Made by a program: the position numbers and the translations under genes | Source of the DNA: Mobula hypostoma | Taxonomy: Eukaryota | Direction of reading: 5' to 3' | Length of the DNA stretch: 64,000 nucleotides | NCBI RefSeq assembly: GCF_963921235.1 | Contig: NC_086097.1 | Span: 195,550,001 to 195,614,000 of the forward strand | Shown here: in pieces, positions 52,649-64,000 of the stretch | Numbering within the stretch: the stretch's first letter is position 1 | Layout of the letters: the number at the start of each line of letters is the position of its first letter | Notes under the pieces: model-generated | Seen by the model: the letters and a program-made list of their open reading frames with translations, nothing else | Databases searched by the model: none | What the model was told of the DNA's origin: nothing

Positions 52649-52854
52649 CTTTACATGTTTTTAATAAGCATTTTGGGGACATCTGATGTTAAAGCAACTG
52701 GATTACAATTCTCTGTTTTTTGTATTTCTTTCTCTACCTTCCAATGAGCTGTGACTATTTAAAGTCATAGAGACATGGAATTCTACAACACAGAAACAGA
52801 AGTTTCAGACCACCATGTCCATGATGATTCTTTTGCTCAGCTACACTCTACTAT

Positions 52855-53870
52855 ACCTGATTCCTCAACTTCCTCCCTGAGAAACCACGGTCTGTGTGGA
52901 TCAGTACTAGCATCTCCTCCTCACTGGCAATCAACACTAGCGCACCTCAAGGATGAATGCTTAACCCACTGCTGTACTCTCTCTGCATCACAACTGCATG
53001 ACTAGACACAGCTCAAACAGCATCTATAAATTTGTAATGATACAACCATTGTTGGCAGAATTTCAGATGGTGACACAGAGGCCTACAGGAGCGAGATAGA
53101 TCAGTAGGTAGAGTGGTGTCACAGCAATGGCCTGCACTCAACATCAGTAAGACCAAGGAATTAATTATATTCTTCAGAAAGGGTATGTTAAAGGAACACA
53201 TGCCAGTGCTCACCGAGGGATCAGAAGTGAAAAGGGTGAGCAATTTCAAGTTCCTGGATGTCAGCATCTCTGAGGAACTATCCTGGGACCAACATATTGA
53301 TGGAATTACAAAGAAGGCTGGACAGTGGCTATACTTCGTTAGGAGTCTGAGGAGAATTAGCATGTCACTAAAAGCACTCGCAAGTTTCTACAGATTCGAA
53401 CTGGTTTCATCCCTGTCTGGTATGGTGGGATGACTGCACAGGATTGAGAAAAGCTGCAGAAAGTTGTAAACTCAGCCAGTTTCATCATGGGCAGTACCAT
53501 CCCCAGCATCCAGACTCCTTCAAAAGGTGATGCCTCAGAAAGGTAGCTTTCATCATTAAGGACCCTCAGCTTGCAAGACATACCCTCTTCTCATTGCTAC
53601 TATCAAGGAGGAGGTACAGGAGCCTGAAGACACGCACTCAATGTTTTAGGAACAGTTTTTTCCCCACTGCCATTAAATTTCCAAAAGGACAATGAACCCA
53701 TGAGCACGTCCTCAGTAATTTTTCCCACTTTTTTGCACTAGTTATTTAACTTTTTGATCTGTATACTTCTTGGTGAAATTTGGAGTTTTTATTCCTATGT
53801 ATTGCAATGTACTGCTGCTTCAAAACAACATATTTTACGGCATATGCCGGTGATATTAAACCTGATTCTG
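52855..53870 (+). mobile_element. Rex-like LINE 3' fragment
   Basis: LNISKTKELII...NFKFLDVSISEELSWDQHI and an ATTAAACCTGATTCTG tail. Confidence 0.88.
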
Positions 53871-53889
53871 CTCACAATTTATGTCAATA

Positions 53890-54710
53890 GTTTTGAAAGG
53901 AAACCAGGTGTTTATTAATGATTGAAAGTTAGATGATATTCTGAGTTACAAAGAGAATTTAAGGAGAAATAGACAAATGAATGGGCAAGGACCTAACAGG
54001 TAGTTCATTAGAAAAGTAGAAAGTTAGAGCTGTTTTTAAATATGAGGGATTGACAGTATCAGGAAAACATGAGTGACTGCAAATGAATTGTTGAAACTTA
54101 ACAACAGCAGACAATCAGGATAGAAAGATGCTTTATTCTAATCAAATATGGTCCTGGTCAAACCACATCTGGAATGTTGCATGTAGGTCTAATCTCCCTA
54201 CTTAAGAAAGAATATATAGGTAATGGAAGCCCGGTGGATGTTCATCAGATTGATTCCTGGATAGTGATATTGTCATATGACAGATTAAGCAGGCAGGGCC
54301 TTTCCTCTTTAAGTTTAGAACTTTTAGATAAATTATTCAGGTATGCTCAATTTTTATGAGGCTTTGACAATGGATTTAGGAATGAAGATCTTCATGATTG
54401 GAAAGTCAAGGCCAGGGGTCACAATTTCAAGATATGGGGCTATTCATTTAAGTCAAAGATAAATAAATCTTTGGTAATAAATCTTTAGAACTCTCCACTG
54501 AAGAAGGTGGTGGAAGTTCAATTACTGAGTAAACTCAAGATAAAGAACGAGTGATTTTCAGATGTTAACAGAAAAAAGGAAATAAGGAACATGGGGTTAG
54601 TGTTCGAAATTGGCTCAAAGGTAAACACTCAATCATGATCTCATTAAATGATGGAGCAGGCAGGCATGAGGTGCCAAATAGCATACTTCTGTTCCTATTT
54701 CTTATGTTTT
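53890..54710 (+). mobile_element. Ancient CR1 fragment
   Basis: CTGGTCAAACCACATCTGGAATGTTG (LVKPHLE) and a decayed 3'UTR ending TTCTTATG. Confidence 0.65.
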
Positions 54711-56649
54711 ACATAACGTACTTAAGGGCTGATTTAGTTCTTTTCATTTTCTTAAATACTGATCTATTATGTTTTACCTCCAGAAAAATGTTGCATATCC
54801 CTGAACAAGACCAATGAATTAATTGTCAATTGGTTTTATGTACAACCAGGCAATGATAATGTAATGGAATTTAGAAACAATTTTGGAATAAGTTTTGCAA
54901 TGTAAACAGAGCACATTAGTATTATTTGGAATATGTGATTTACATCTGCATATGGTTTTTATAAGTTTCCCTTAATTATATATTTGAGTTTCTATGTAAC
55001 ATGTTGTATTCATAATGATAAACATCTGCCAAAAATACAAAATTGTTAATGAACACAGGATGATAAAAAGACAATTCTTTTTGTCAGTAAAGCTACATTT
55101 ATTTTGTAAGAACTGCTAACTTATTCTTACACTGTAAAGGAAGCACACATAGAAACTTATGAAATGTAATTATAACTTTTTTCTAAAAAGACTTCTGAAA
55201 ATAATATATAAAAGTGCATATATTAAATCTACCACAAAACAGACTGCCCCCCTTGACTGGAAATTTATGAGCCTGTTTTATCATGAATTGGGCTCTTCAA
55301 GAGAAGAAACAGTGGAAAAGGTCAATGCTGTTTTTAGCTGATGGAAAATCCATCTGGGAACCCAGATGCTTAGAAAGAAAACATTCAATCTGAACACTTA
55401 TCCGATCAAAAACTATAAGACGGTTAACAGATTGTGTGCTGAAAGAAATCAATCATAATAAAAGACAACTTTTTAACCTCGGGCAGCAGCTAAGTGGCAA
55501 TACTTTGTAATCTTGGTAAAATTTTGGGAGGCACATTTGTCAAAAAAGTAACAATATAGCATCTTAAGTATAAAAAAACTATTATTGTTAAGATCAGTGC
55601 TCAATAAGAAATAATTGTATTTATTCATCAATATATGCTTTTAACTGTGTGTGGGATGAATAACATACAACAGCAAGAGCAGGAAGAACGTGTAGGTGGA
55701 AGAGCAGAAAAGAGAACGTCATAATACAAGCTAGAAGTGTGAATTCTTGTGGGAACTGCTGTCAGGGCCAGTTTAGCCATTGACTGTCAATTTTATGAAT
55801 ACAAAGACCAGATGTTTCTGGTGAGCCTGAAGACTGACTGGGCTAGAATGTCTAATTAGTTTGTTTCAAACTATTTAAGTTAATTTATTTTTAACTCTTG
55901 TAATGCAAGATGCTTTTCACAGATAATAAAAACAAGTATGATTTTTGTGCTACGTGTGTTGTTGTTGTGTAACCAGCATGTTGACCATATTAATCATACT
56001 AATCTTTATAATGCAGGGGCAGCTAAGTGCAGCAAGGTTTTTCTTAATAAAAACCCAAGAGAAAAACAATTCAATGAACTTTCCATTATGAAAATATAGT
56101 GCATATTAATCTCGAGGAGTTGACACAGCTGACATTTTTAATTGTGATCTCCTGTGGTAGTTTATAGAGCCTTTGCAGATTGACCAAACTTTCCACAAGA
56201 ATATAAGCATTATTGAAAACTTAATTTCTTTCAAATACTCTTTGTCACAATGGTTGAAAATAAAGTAAAATGGAATTCATAATTATTACAATAAAATAGA
56301 TTGCTCATGGCATAGCTCAGAATAAATCAAATGATGCACACTTACTGGTTAAGCTTTCCACCCAATAACTAAGAATCTGAAAAAATCTACAAGTTATAAC
56401 TGACAATACATAATTCTACTACTCAGATGGAGGTGCACCTTTGCTAACATTCCTTCAAGAGAATGGTTCCCTAAAGTTACAAATACACCCAGAGGGTGTT
56501 CAGAGTTTATGGTTCTTTGGTGTAGAGGGATTGAAATTGTCATATTTTAATATTTAGAGCCATGATATATGTCACGATAGATCTATATTTAATGAGGCAT
56601 GTGACTATCCCAAAGTTTCTGTCAGTTTTCTGCCATTAATCTGCCATGT

Positions 56650-57156
56650 GCTGGCATTAGAGATGGTCCAGAGGCAGTTCAAAAGGATGATTCCGGAAAG
56701 GAAAGGATTATCACACAAGGAACTTTTGATAGCTCTGGGTCTGTACTCACTGGAACTTAGAAGGATGAGGGGGGATCTCATTGAAACCATCTGAATGTTA
56801 AAAGCCCTAGACAGAGTAAATGTAGAAAGGATGTTTCCCATGGTGGGAGAGTCCAGGACAAGGGGTCACAGCCTCAGGTCAGAGGGGCGTCCATTTAAAA
56901 CAGAGATGCGGAGAAATTTCTTTAACCAGAGGGTGGTGAATTTGTGGAATTTGTTACCACAGGCATCTGTGGAGGACAGGTCATTGGGTGTATTTAAGGC
57001 GGAGATTTATATGTTCTTGATTGGACATGGCATCAAAGGTTACAGGGAGAAGGCTAGGGTTGAGGAGGGGGAAAAAAGATCAGCCATGAATGAATGACAG
57101 AGCACATTCAATGGGACAAATAACCTAATTCTGCTTCTATGTCCTATGGTCTTATT
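56650..57156 (+). mobile_element. CR1 3' fragment
   Basis: LDRVNVERMFPMVGESRTRGHSL...QRVVNLWN. Confidence 0.92.
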
Positions 57157-57399
57157 ATACCTGTCAGTATTGACAGCTTCACTATTAGTCCCATTGCAAA
57201 GTGCAAAGAATAACATTCTCCATTACAAAATAGAGTGTTCTGTTATTTCTGAAGAATACATTACAAGTTCAAGTCCTTTACCAAGGAAATCTGCATTCTT
57301 GGATGCAATATGAACTCAAGGCCACCTCTGTCTGTTTTGGATAACTAAGATCTCATGATAATGATTTAAAAGCAGAAAAATTCCCTTTTATTTTATTCT

Positions 57400-57560
57400 A
57401 TCAGCTTCTCCCTTCCCTTTCAGTCCTGAAGAAGGATTTTGGCCCAAAATGTTGACTGTTCATTCATTTCCATAGATGCTGCCTGGCCTGCTGAATTCCT
57501 CCAGCATTTTGTGTATGTTGCTTTGAATTCCCAGCATCTGCTGACTTTTTCGTGTTTAAA
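57400..57560 (+). mobile_element. PLE-tail fragment with decayed hammerhead
   Basis: CAGTCCTGAAGAAGGATTTTGGCCCAAAATGTTGACTG followed by GATGCTGCCTGGCCTGCTG. Confidence 0.78.
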
Positions 57561-57659
57561 ATTCCTTTTATTTTGCCTTCTGAACATACTTCTTCATTTA
57601 ACTAATAACTGCAAAAAGCCAAAATTATGTAATCAGTGTGGTTTATAATCTTCAAATAT

Positions 57660-58860
57660 GTGTGAATTTGCTACAGTATTTTTGATGAGTAAACGTGAAG
57701 TTTAATCAAGCCAGTCCAATTGATATATATATCAACTTTCAGAACTTTGATAAAGTGCTGCATTGTAGGCACTGTATGTGAAGATGATGGAAACAAAAGA
57801 AAGAAAGTTATATGTAACAGTGCAGATGTGAAATTGGCTTTGGAACAGGAACCAAAGTGCCATAATACATGGGAGCATTTCTGACTGGGAATTGGCTTAT
57901 AGTTGTATTTGTGTTATCCTTTTCAACTTTTATAAACAAGCTACACTGTGCCACAAGAAGCAGCAAAGAGGTCTACAGATCATTACAGCACAGTAACATA
58001 GTGAATAAGGAGAATAGTTGAAGAATTCAGCATGTCATAGATAGGATGAGTTAATAGACAAAAACCTGGCAGATGGTGTTCAATGCAGGGAAGTGTGAAC
58101 TGATGCATTAGGGAGCACTAAAAATGGAAAGATGGTATACCATAAATGGCAAGAGTTTACTTGTGCAGGGACACTGATGCCCATTAAAAGTGACAGGAAA
58201 ATTTAATCATGATTCTAAAAACTAGGATTGTAAATATAGACATTGGGAAAAAAAGCAAAGATATTCAGCTAAAACTTCAGATTAATCACTGCTTGGGCCT
58301 TAGGAGGCACCACACTTCAGGAATCAAAAAGGAACAGAGTATATTTATCAGGACAGGATAATGAATAAGGGATTTCATTTTTGAGGAAAACTTAGCAAAG
58401 TTAGAATTGTTCTTCTCGGTAAGGAGAAAGTAGAGACATTGCCTAATGGAAGTTTACAAGATGATAGTGAAAATTCTTTCACAAACAAGAGAAAATCTGC
58501 AGATGCTGGAAATCCAAGCAATGCACACAAAATGCTGGAAGAACTCAACAGGCAGGTCAGAATCTAGGAAGAGTTCAGTCCACATTTCAACCTTGTGTGT
58601 GTTGCAGTGAAAATTCTTTGATCTATTAAGTGAGCCAATGACCAAAAGTTTTAGATTTTAAAATCATTGGTAAAACGCTTGCAAACATGATGTCAAACAT
58701 GATATGAGAGAATGAATCTGCAAATAAAATTAAAAATGAATGGATGTGAGACTACTAATAGGGAACTACTTGGATAACAGAAAATTCTGGGACTGTCTTT
58801 CAAACATCCAGTGCAGGTTGAATAGTTTCATTCTAAACTTCGAGTTTCTACGATTCCATG
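57660..58860 (+). mobile_element. Ancient CR1 fragment
   Basis: Decayed FQ-TFDKV and WQMVFNAGKCELMH coding motifs. Confidence 0.6.
58480..58605. mobile_element. Short PLE-tail insert with small inverted tip
   Basis: Perfect 14-bp TSD AGTGAAAATTCTTT at 58466-58479 and 58606-58619. Confidence 0.82.
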
Positions 58861-59380
58861 AGAATATTGTTGATGTTGTCATGTTAGCAAAAATAGTTAT
58901 GTGTTTGCACCAATGAAACTTCTAGATCTGTCATTTTGATTACTCTTATTTATTTGTTTTGGAGCCTCACTTCAAAAGTAGCACCATTGGCTCTGAGTCA
59001 AAACGTTCAGAGAATATAGATCCACAGCAGAGATTTGAGCACATAAATTGACACTCCAGTGCACTAATTAGGCCATTGTGCATTGTCTTTCATGAGTTGC
59101 CAGACTGACATCCTGTTAACTCTCCCAGTTGGGGACCAAAATGCCTCACACTATAATTTGAAGAAGGAGTGAGGAGCTTCTTCTGGTCTCTTGGGCAACA
59201 TCACAAAGGAACACTAGAGGGCTGAAGTTCACTGGTGATCATGAATGCAGAGCATTTGTCATCAGTGGCACTCGCTATAGCATAATTAGTTCCATTGATT
59301 TTTATGGAACCAAAGAAGTGAGCCAGGTTGGTGCTCATAACAGATTATTGCTCTCAAATTTTATTCACACTGTGCCATTT

Positions 59381-60246
59381 TAGAAACATAGAAAACCTAC
59401 AGCACAATACAGGCCCTTCAGCCCACAATACTGTGCTTACTTTAGAAATTACCTAGGTTTACCCATAGCCCTCTATTTTTCTAAGCTCCATGTACATATC
59501 CAAGAACCTCTTAAAAGACCCTATTGCATCTGCCTCCACCACCGTCGCTGGCAGCCCATTCCATGCACTCACCACTTTCTGTGTAAAAAAAATACCCCTA
59601 ATATCTTCTCCGTACCTGCTTCCAAGCATCTTAAAACTGTGCCCTCTCGTGGTGCCCTGTGAAAAAGCCTCTGACTATCCACATGGTCAATGCCTCTTAT
59701 CACCTTATACACCTCTATCAGGTCACCTCTCATCCTCTGTCGCTCCAAGGAGAAAAGGCAAAATTCACTCAACCTACTCTCATAAGGCATGCACCCCAAT
59801 CTAGGCAACATCTTTGTAAGTCTCCTCTGCACCTTATCTATAGTTTCCACATCCTTCCTGTAGTGAGGTGACCAGAAATGAGCACAGTACTCCAAGTGGG
59901 GCCTGACTGGGGTCCTATATGGTTGTAACAATACCTCTCGGCTCTTGAACTCAATCCCATGGTTGATGAAGGCCAATGCACCGTATGCCTTCTTAACCAC
60001 ATAGATCACCTGCATAGCAGCTTTGAGTGTCCTATGGACTTGGACTCCAAGATCCCACTGATCCTCCACACTGTCAAGAGTCTTACTATTAATACTATAT
60101 TCTGCCATCATATTTGACCTCACACTTACCTGGATTGAACTCCATCTGCAACTTCTCAGCCCTGTTTTGCATCCTATTGATGTTCCACTGTAACCTCTGA
60201 CAGCCCTCCACACTATCTACAGCACCCTCCACCTTTGTGTCTTCAA
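59381..60246 (-). mobile_element. CR1 3' fragment
   Basis: DLGVQVHRTLK...RPHLEYCAHFWSP and a TAGAAACATAGAAA tail. Confidence 0.93.
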
Positions 60247-60509
60247 AACTTTGTTGAAATCTTTGTTGAGATCACTCCTCAGAAGATATAACTTGGCAAA
60301 AGTGTTCCTAACAAATCTGTTTATTTGTAGATTTACATTGTTACTGATTTCAATAAACTCTTTATTATCAGGAAATGACATGAATTAAAGCAGTTCAAGG
60401 CAACGATATAAATATTTATTTGGAACAGTTTTCTCTCAAGAAGAAAGGCTGTAATTATTTTCTTTCCTTGTATTTGAATTCACAATAATTATCATGATTA
60501 AATAATTCT

Positions 60510-60846
60510 TTTTTGACTTTTTTTTTGCAAGAGGGGGAGTTGGGATTTGATGTTATCGTTGCTGATTTTTGTGAGGGAGAGTGTTGGTGGTTTCGAGCTT
60601 TTGATGTTCCAGCTGCCGTTTTCCATGTGGGCGATCTGTTGGTCTATTTGTGTGAGGGAGAGGGTGGGGTTTTTGGACTTTGCAAGTTTTGTTCTTTTTC
60701 TTTTTCATGCTGGAGTGTGGGTGTTGATGTCTTTTCTTTCAACAAAACCACCATGATTTTTTTTAATATCTCACAGCCAACTGGAGAAGACGAATATCAG
60801 AGTTGTATTGATATACATACCTTGATATAAAACAAACCTTTGAACC
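60510..60846 (+). repeat. GT-rich repeat with Rex-like tail, second copy
   Basis: Ends CTGGAGAAGACGAATATCAGAGTTGTA...AACCTTTGAAC, as at 47440-47510. Confidence 0.55.
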
Positions 60847-61299
60847 ATTTTTTAAAATGTCCTGCTACTTTTCTGTAGAAGTTACAGCAGGAAATAAGAA
60901 AGAAATGTCTGAGGGAATTCAAGAAATTGATTCCAAAAGGAAGCTAATTTTGAAATTTGCATTTAGCTATGTATTGTAGAGCAGTAACAATTGTTTTTTT
61001 CTCCTTTAAACTTGCTTAGTTAAGAACGACAATAAACAATCTTAAATCTTGAACAGATCAACTTTCATTCCACTGAAAGAATAAATGTTTTGAAATGTAA
61101 AATAAGTTCTGAGTCCTATCTATTCTTCAGAATGACCGCATTTATTTCTGGTTACTTTTTATCATAATTCCATTCGTATAGGGATAACCAATGTAAATCT
61201 ATAAGTTGTGTAATATATCATTACTATAATCAAGGTTAAGGAGGAGAGAAGGTTGTTGCAAGCAAAGCAATGAGAGCAACACTCAAGGGTGCAGATTTG

Positions 61300-61570
61300 A
61301 TCTTTTGTACTTAAAATGGCCCAAAAGAAGGCAATTTGGCTCAACGGGTCCAGCTCCCAAACAACCGATCCTGTTCATTCCATGCTCAATCATTTTTCCC
61401 CATTATGCCAGCAGCCTAATCACTCTCACACATGTCAAACAATTCACTTTTAGATTCTTTTTTGCCGTTATCCTACATTATAAGGCAGCCATTTAACCTA
61501 CCATTTAGTTAGGGGACCCAGACGAAGCTCATTCAATCATGGAGTGAATTTGCAAACTCCAATCTGTGCA
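61300..61570 (-). mobile_element. Old SINE
   Basis: Decayed similarity to the 14800-15345 SINE (TTTAACCTACC, TGCAAACTCC). Confidence 0.45.
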
Positions 61571-61639
61571 ATTGTTTGGCTCACAAATATTTAAAAAGAA
61601 TCAAGAACATGCTTTTAAATTCATGCATATTTGCTAACA

Positions 61640-63700
61640 AGATGCTGAGGGCAAGGTTGCTGCATTGGAGAGAAATTAGGAATTGGTGTGTTTTGTGTAT
61701 TACTGAGACATGGCTTACTTTGAGCATGTCAGATTTGGCAATCAGATCTGGAGGATTCTCGATACAGAGAATCAAACTGCTGATTTGGAAAAGCCAAAAG
61801 GTAGTGGTATGTATTTCATGATAGGCTCCAACGTGTCACTTTTGTCATATTCATGTTTGCCCAACCTGGAACAGTAAACGACAAAGTACCGATCATTCTA
61901 CTTACCAGCAGAATCCCTGACTGCAGCTTATATACCAATGTTGGCTGACTGTAATCAGGCACCTGAGATACTTCATGCTGCTGTCACGAAACAAGAAACA
62001 GTGCACCCTGGTACATTTCAAATCATAATCAGGGAATTCAATCAGGCTTGCTTGAAGAAATCTCTGCCCAGTTACCATGAACATATAACCTGTATCATCA
62101 GAAGTCCCAACAAACTAGAACACTGCTATACTATGATGAAGAATGCCTTTCATTCCATGCCCTAAACACATTTTGGGAAGGCTGATCACTTAACAAGTCT
62201 CCAGAAATAAGGACAACAAAAAGGTGTCCGCTGCAGGCAGAGGAGATGGTATGAGATTGCTTTGAGTTGGTGGACTCTACGTTTCCAAGGACTCAATGAG
62301 TCAATGAATCACAACGGTTTTCACAGTCGTGGATGAACGTGTTCCCACGAAATCATTCAAAGTCTTCCCCAACCAGAAGCTCTGGATGAACCATGAGATC
62401 TGCAATCTGCTGAGGGCTAGATCAGAGGCATTCTGGTTTGTCCACCAAGTAAGATACAAGAGATCCAGGAATAATCTCAGGAAAGCCAGCTCACGGGTGA
62501 AGTGGCAATTCCAGACTATCCTTGAATCAGTAAAGGATACTTGACAGCTGTGGCAGCAGGATTGAATGCTATTACTTTGTACAAAATGAAATCAAGCGAC
62601 ATAGGTGATAACAGGGCTTCACTCTCAGATGAGCTCAATGTCTTCTGTTCTCACTGACTATAAAAATATGGAGGATTTTTCATAAACTCTACAGACCCTG
62701 ATGACCCTGTGATTTCAGTCTCTGAGGCTGACATGAGAGCATCCTTCAGGAGGATGAACCCCCAGAAAGTATCCAGCACAGACGGGGTACCTGGCCAAGT
62801 ATTAAAGACCTGTGCTGATCATATGGCTGGAATGTTCGCCAATATCTTTAGTCCTGACAAAGGGTCTCAGCCTGAAACGTTGACTGTACCTCTTCCTAGA
62901 GATGCTGCCTGGCCTGCTGTGTTCACCAGCAACTTTTATGTGTGTTGCTTGAATTTCCAGCATCTGCAGAATTCCTGTTGTTTGTCTTTAACCTCTCGCT
63001 TCTGCAGTCTGACATACCCACGTGCTTCAAATTGGCCAAACGATGCCGACTTCTCTCGATCCTTCACTTCAATGAATTCTTCACTGGGAGAGTGATTAAT
63101 ATTCATTGTTGCCGGTTACATAACACAACCTTGTATGGAAGCACCAGTGCTCCTGAATGGAAAATCCTGCAATAAGTAGTGAATATGGCGCAGTCCATCA
63201 CGAGTAAAGACATCCCCTCCACGGAGTACATCTACAGGGAGCACTGTAGCATCTATCAGCAACGATCCCCACTACCCAGGACATGCTCTGTTTTAACTGC
63301 TGCCATCGAGAAGAAAGTACAGGAGCCTCAGGATTCTTGCCACCAGATTCAGGAATAGTTGTTATCCCTCAACAACAAGGCTCTTGAACCAGTAGGGATA
63401 ACCACTCAACTTCCCATCACTGAACTGTTCTCCAAACCTATGGACTCACTTTCAAGGACTCTTCATCTCATATTCTTGTTATTTATTGCTTATTTTTCCA
63501 TTATTATTTTTTCTTTTATTCTTTTCTTTATGCAGTTTTTTCTTTTGCACATTAGTTGTTTGTCCACCCTATTGAGTGCAGTCTTTCATTGATTCGATTA
63601 TGTTTCTTGAATTTACAGAGTATGCCAAGAACAAAACAGATCTTAGAGTTATATATGGTGACATATATGTGATAATAAATTCACTTTGAACATTGAACAT
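61640..63700 (+). mobile_element. Longer degenerate Rex1/Babar-like LINE (APE to 3' end, RT largely deleted)
   Basis: CVLCITETWL (APE), FPNQKLWMN, DGVPGQVLKTCADHMAGMFANIF/NLSL and a 3' tail GATAATAAATTCACTTTGAAC. Confidence 0.88.
62851..62984 (+). mobile_element. PLE-tail insert beginning at the hammerhead
   Basis: GTCCTGACAAAGGGTCTCAGCCTGAAACGTTGACT...GTTGTTTG. A TCTTTA duplication is at 62845-62850 and 62985-62990. The insert splits Rex IF/NLSL. Confidence 0.88.
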
Positions 63701-63914
63701 TTTAGTCCCTCAATGATTCTTCCTCAAAGCAGTTTTTTAGGGATTTTGCTTTAATTGCTATTACTCTTTAATTGCCATAGAAACTAGAGAAGATGTTGAT
63801 TTACTTTTGTACCTTTATAAGTAGTGCTTGCTAAGTGACAGGTAAATGATTGAACCTAATACTTGTGTAAGCAGGCAACTGTGCTTATGGACTGTTGTTG
63901 ACATGCCAGCAGAC

Positions 63915-64000
63915 ATCAGGAGGATTAACCCATGAAAAGCTTGTGGCCCAGACGGGATACCTGGCCAAGTACTAAAGACTTGTGCTGATCAGCTGGAGTG
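63915..64000 (+). mobile_element. Start of another Rex-like fragment (runs off window)
   Basis: Matches 62745-62830 (CCTGGCCAAGTACTAAAGACTTGTGCTGATCA). Confidence 0.8.

Noticed and set aside
1..64000. Prokaryotic systems (CRISPR, retron, DGR, operons) suggested by multiple RT ORFs
   Set aside because: All RT fragments belong to eukaryotic CR1, Rex or Penelope retroelements. There are no repeat-spacer arrays or operon-like gene density.

Overview
Eukaryotic, AT-rich, repeat-dominated window. It is most likely intronic or intergenic DNA of a cartilaginous fish (ray or shark; inferred from the repeat families, not from a database search). I could not support any host protein-coding exon, and there are no prokaryotic features. 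A large share of the sequence is transposon-derived: CR1 LINEs of several ages (one near full-length with ORF1 zinc finger and SGNH esterase, one with an uninterrupted 627-aa ORF2 segment), Rex1/Babar-like LINE fragments, Penelope-like elements (PLEs), tRNA-headed SINEs with CR1-like tails, L1 and RTE 3' fragments, a fossil hAT (Charlie/Buster) transposase and a palindromic 270-bp hAT MITE with a perfect 8-bp TSD. The most interesting pattern is the PLE 3' tail. It carries a minimal hammerhead ribozyme and recurs as 85-210 bp TSD-flanked inserts, most of them fold-back palindromes. In the best-preserved copies the fold-back junction or 5' boundary sits at the ribozyme. Many repeat boundaries are approximate.
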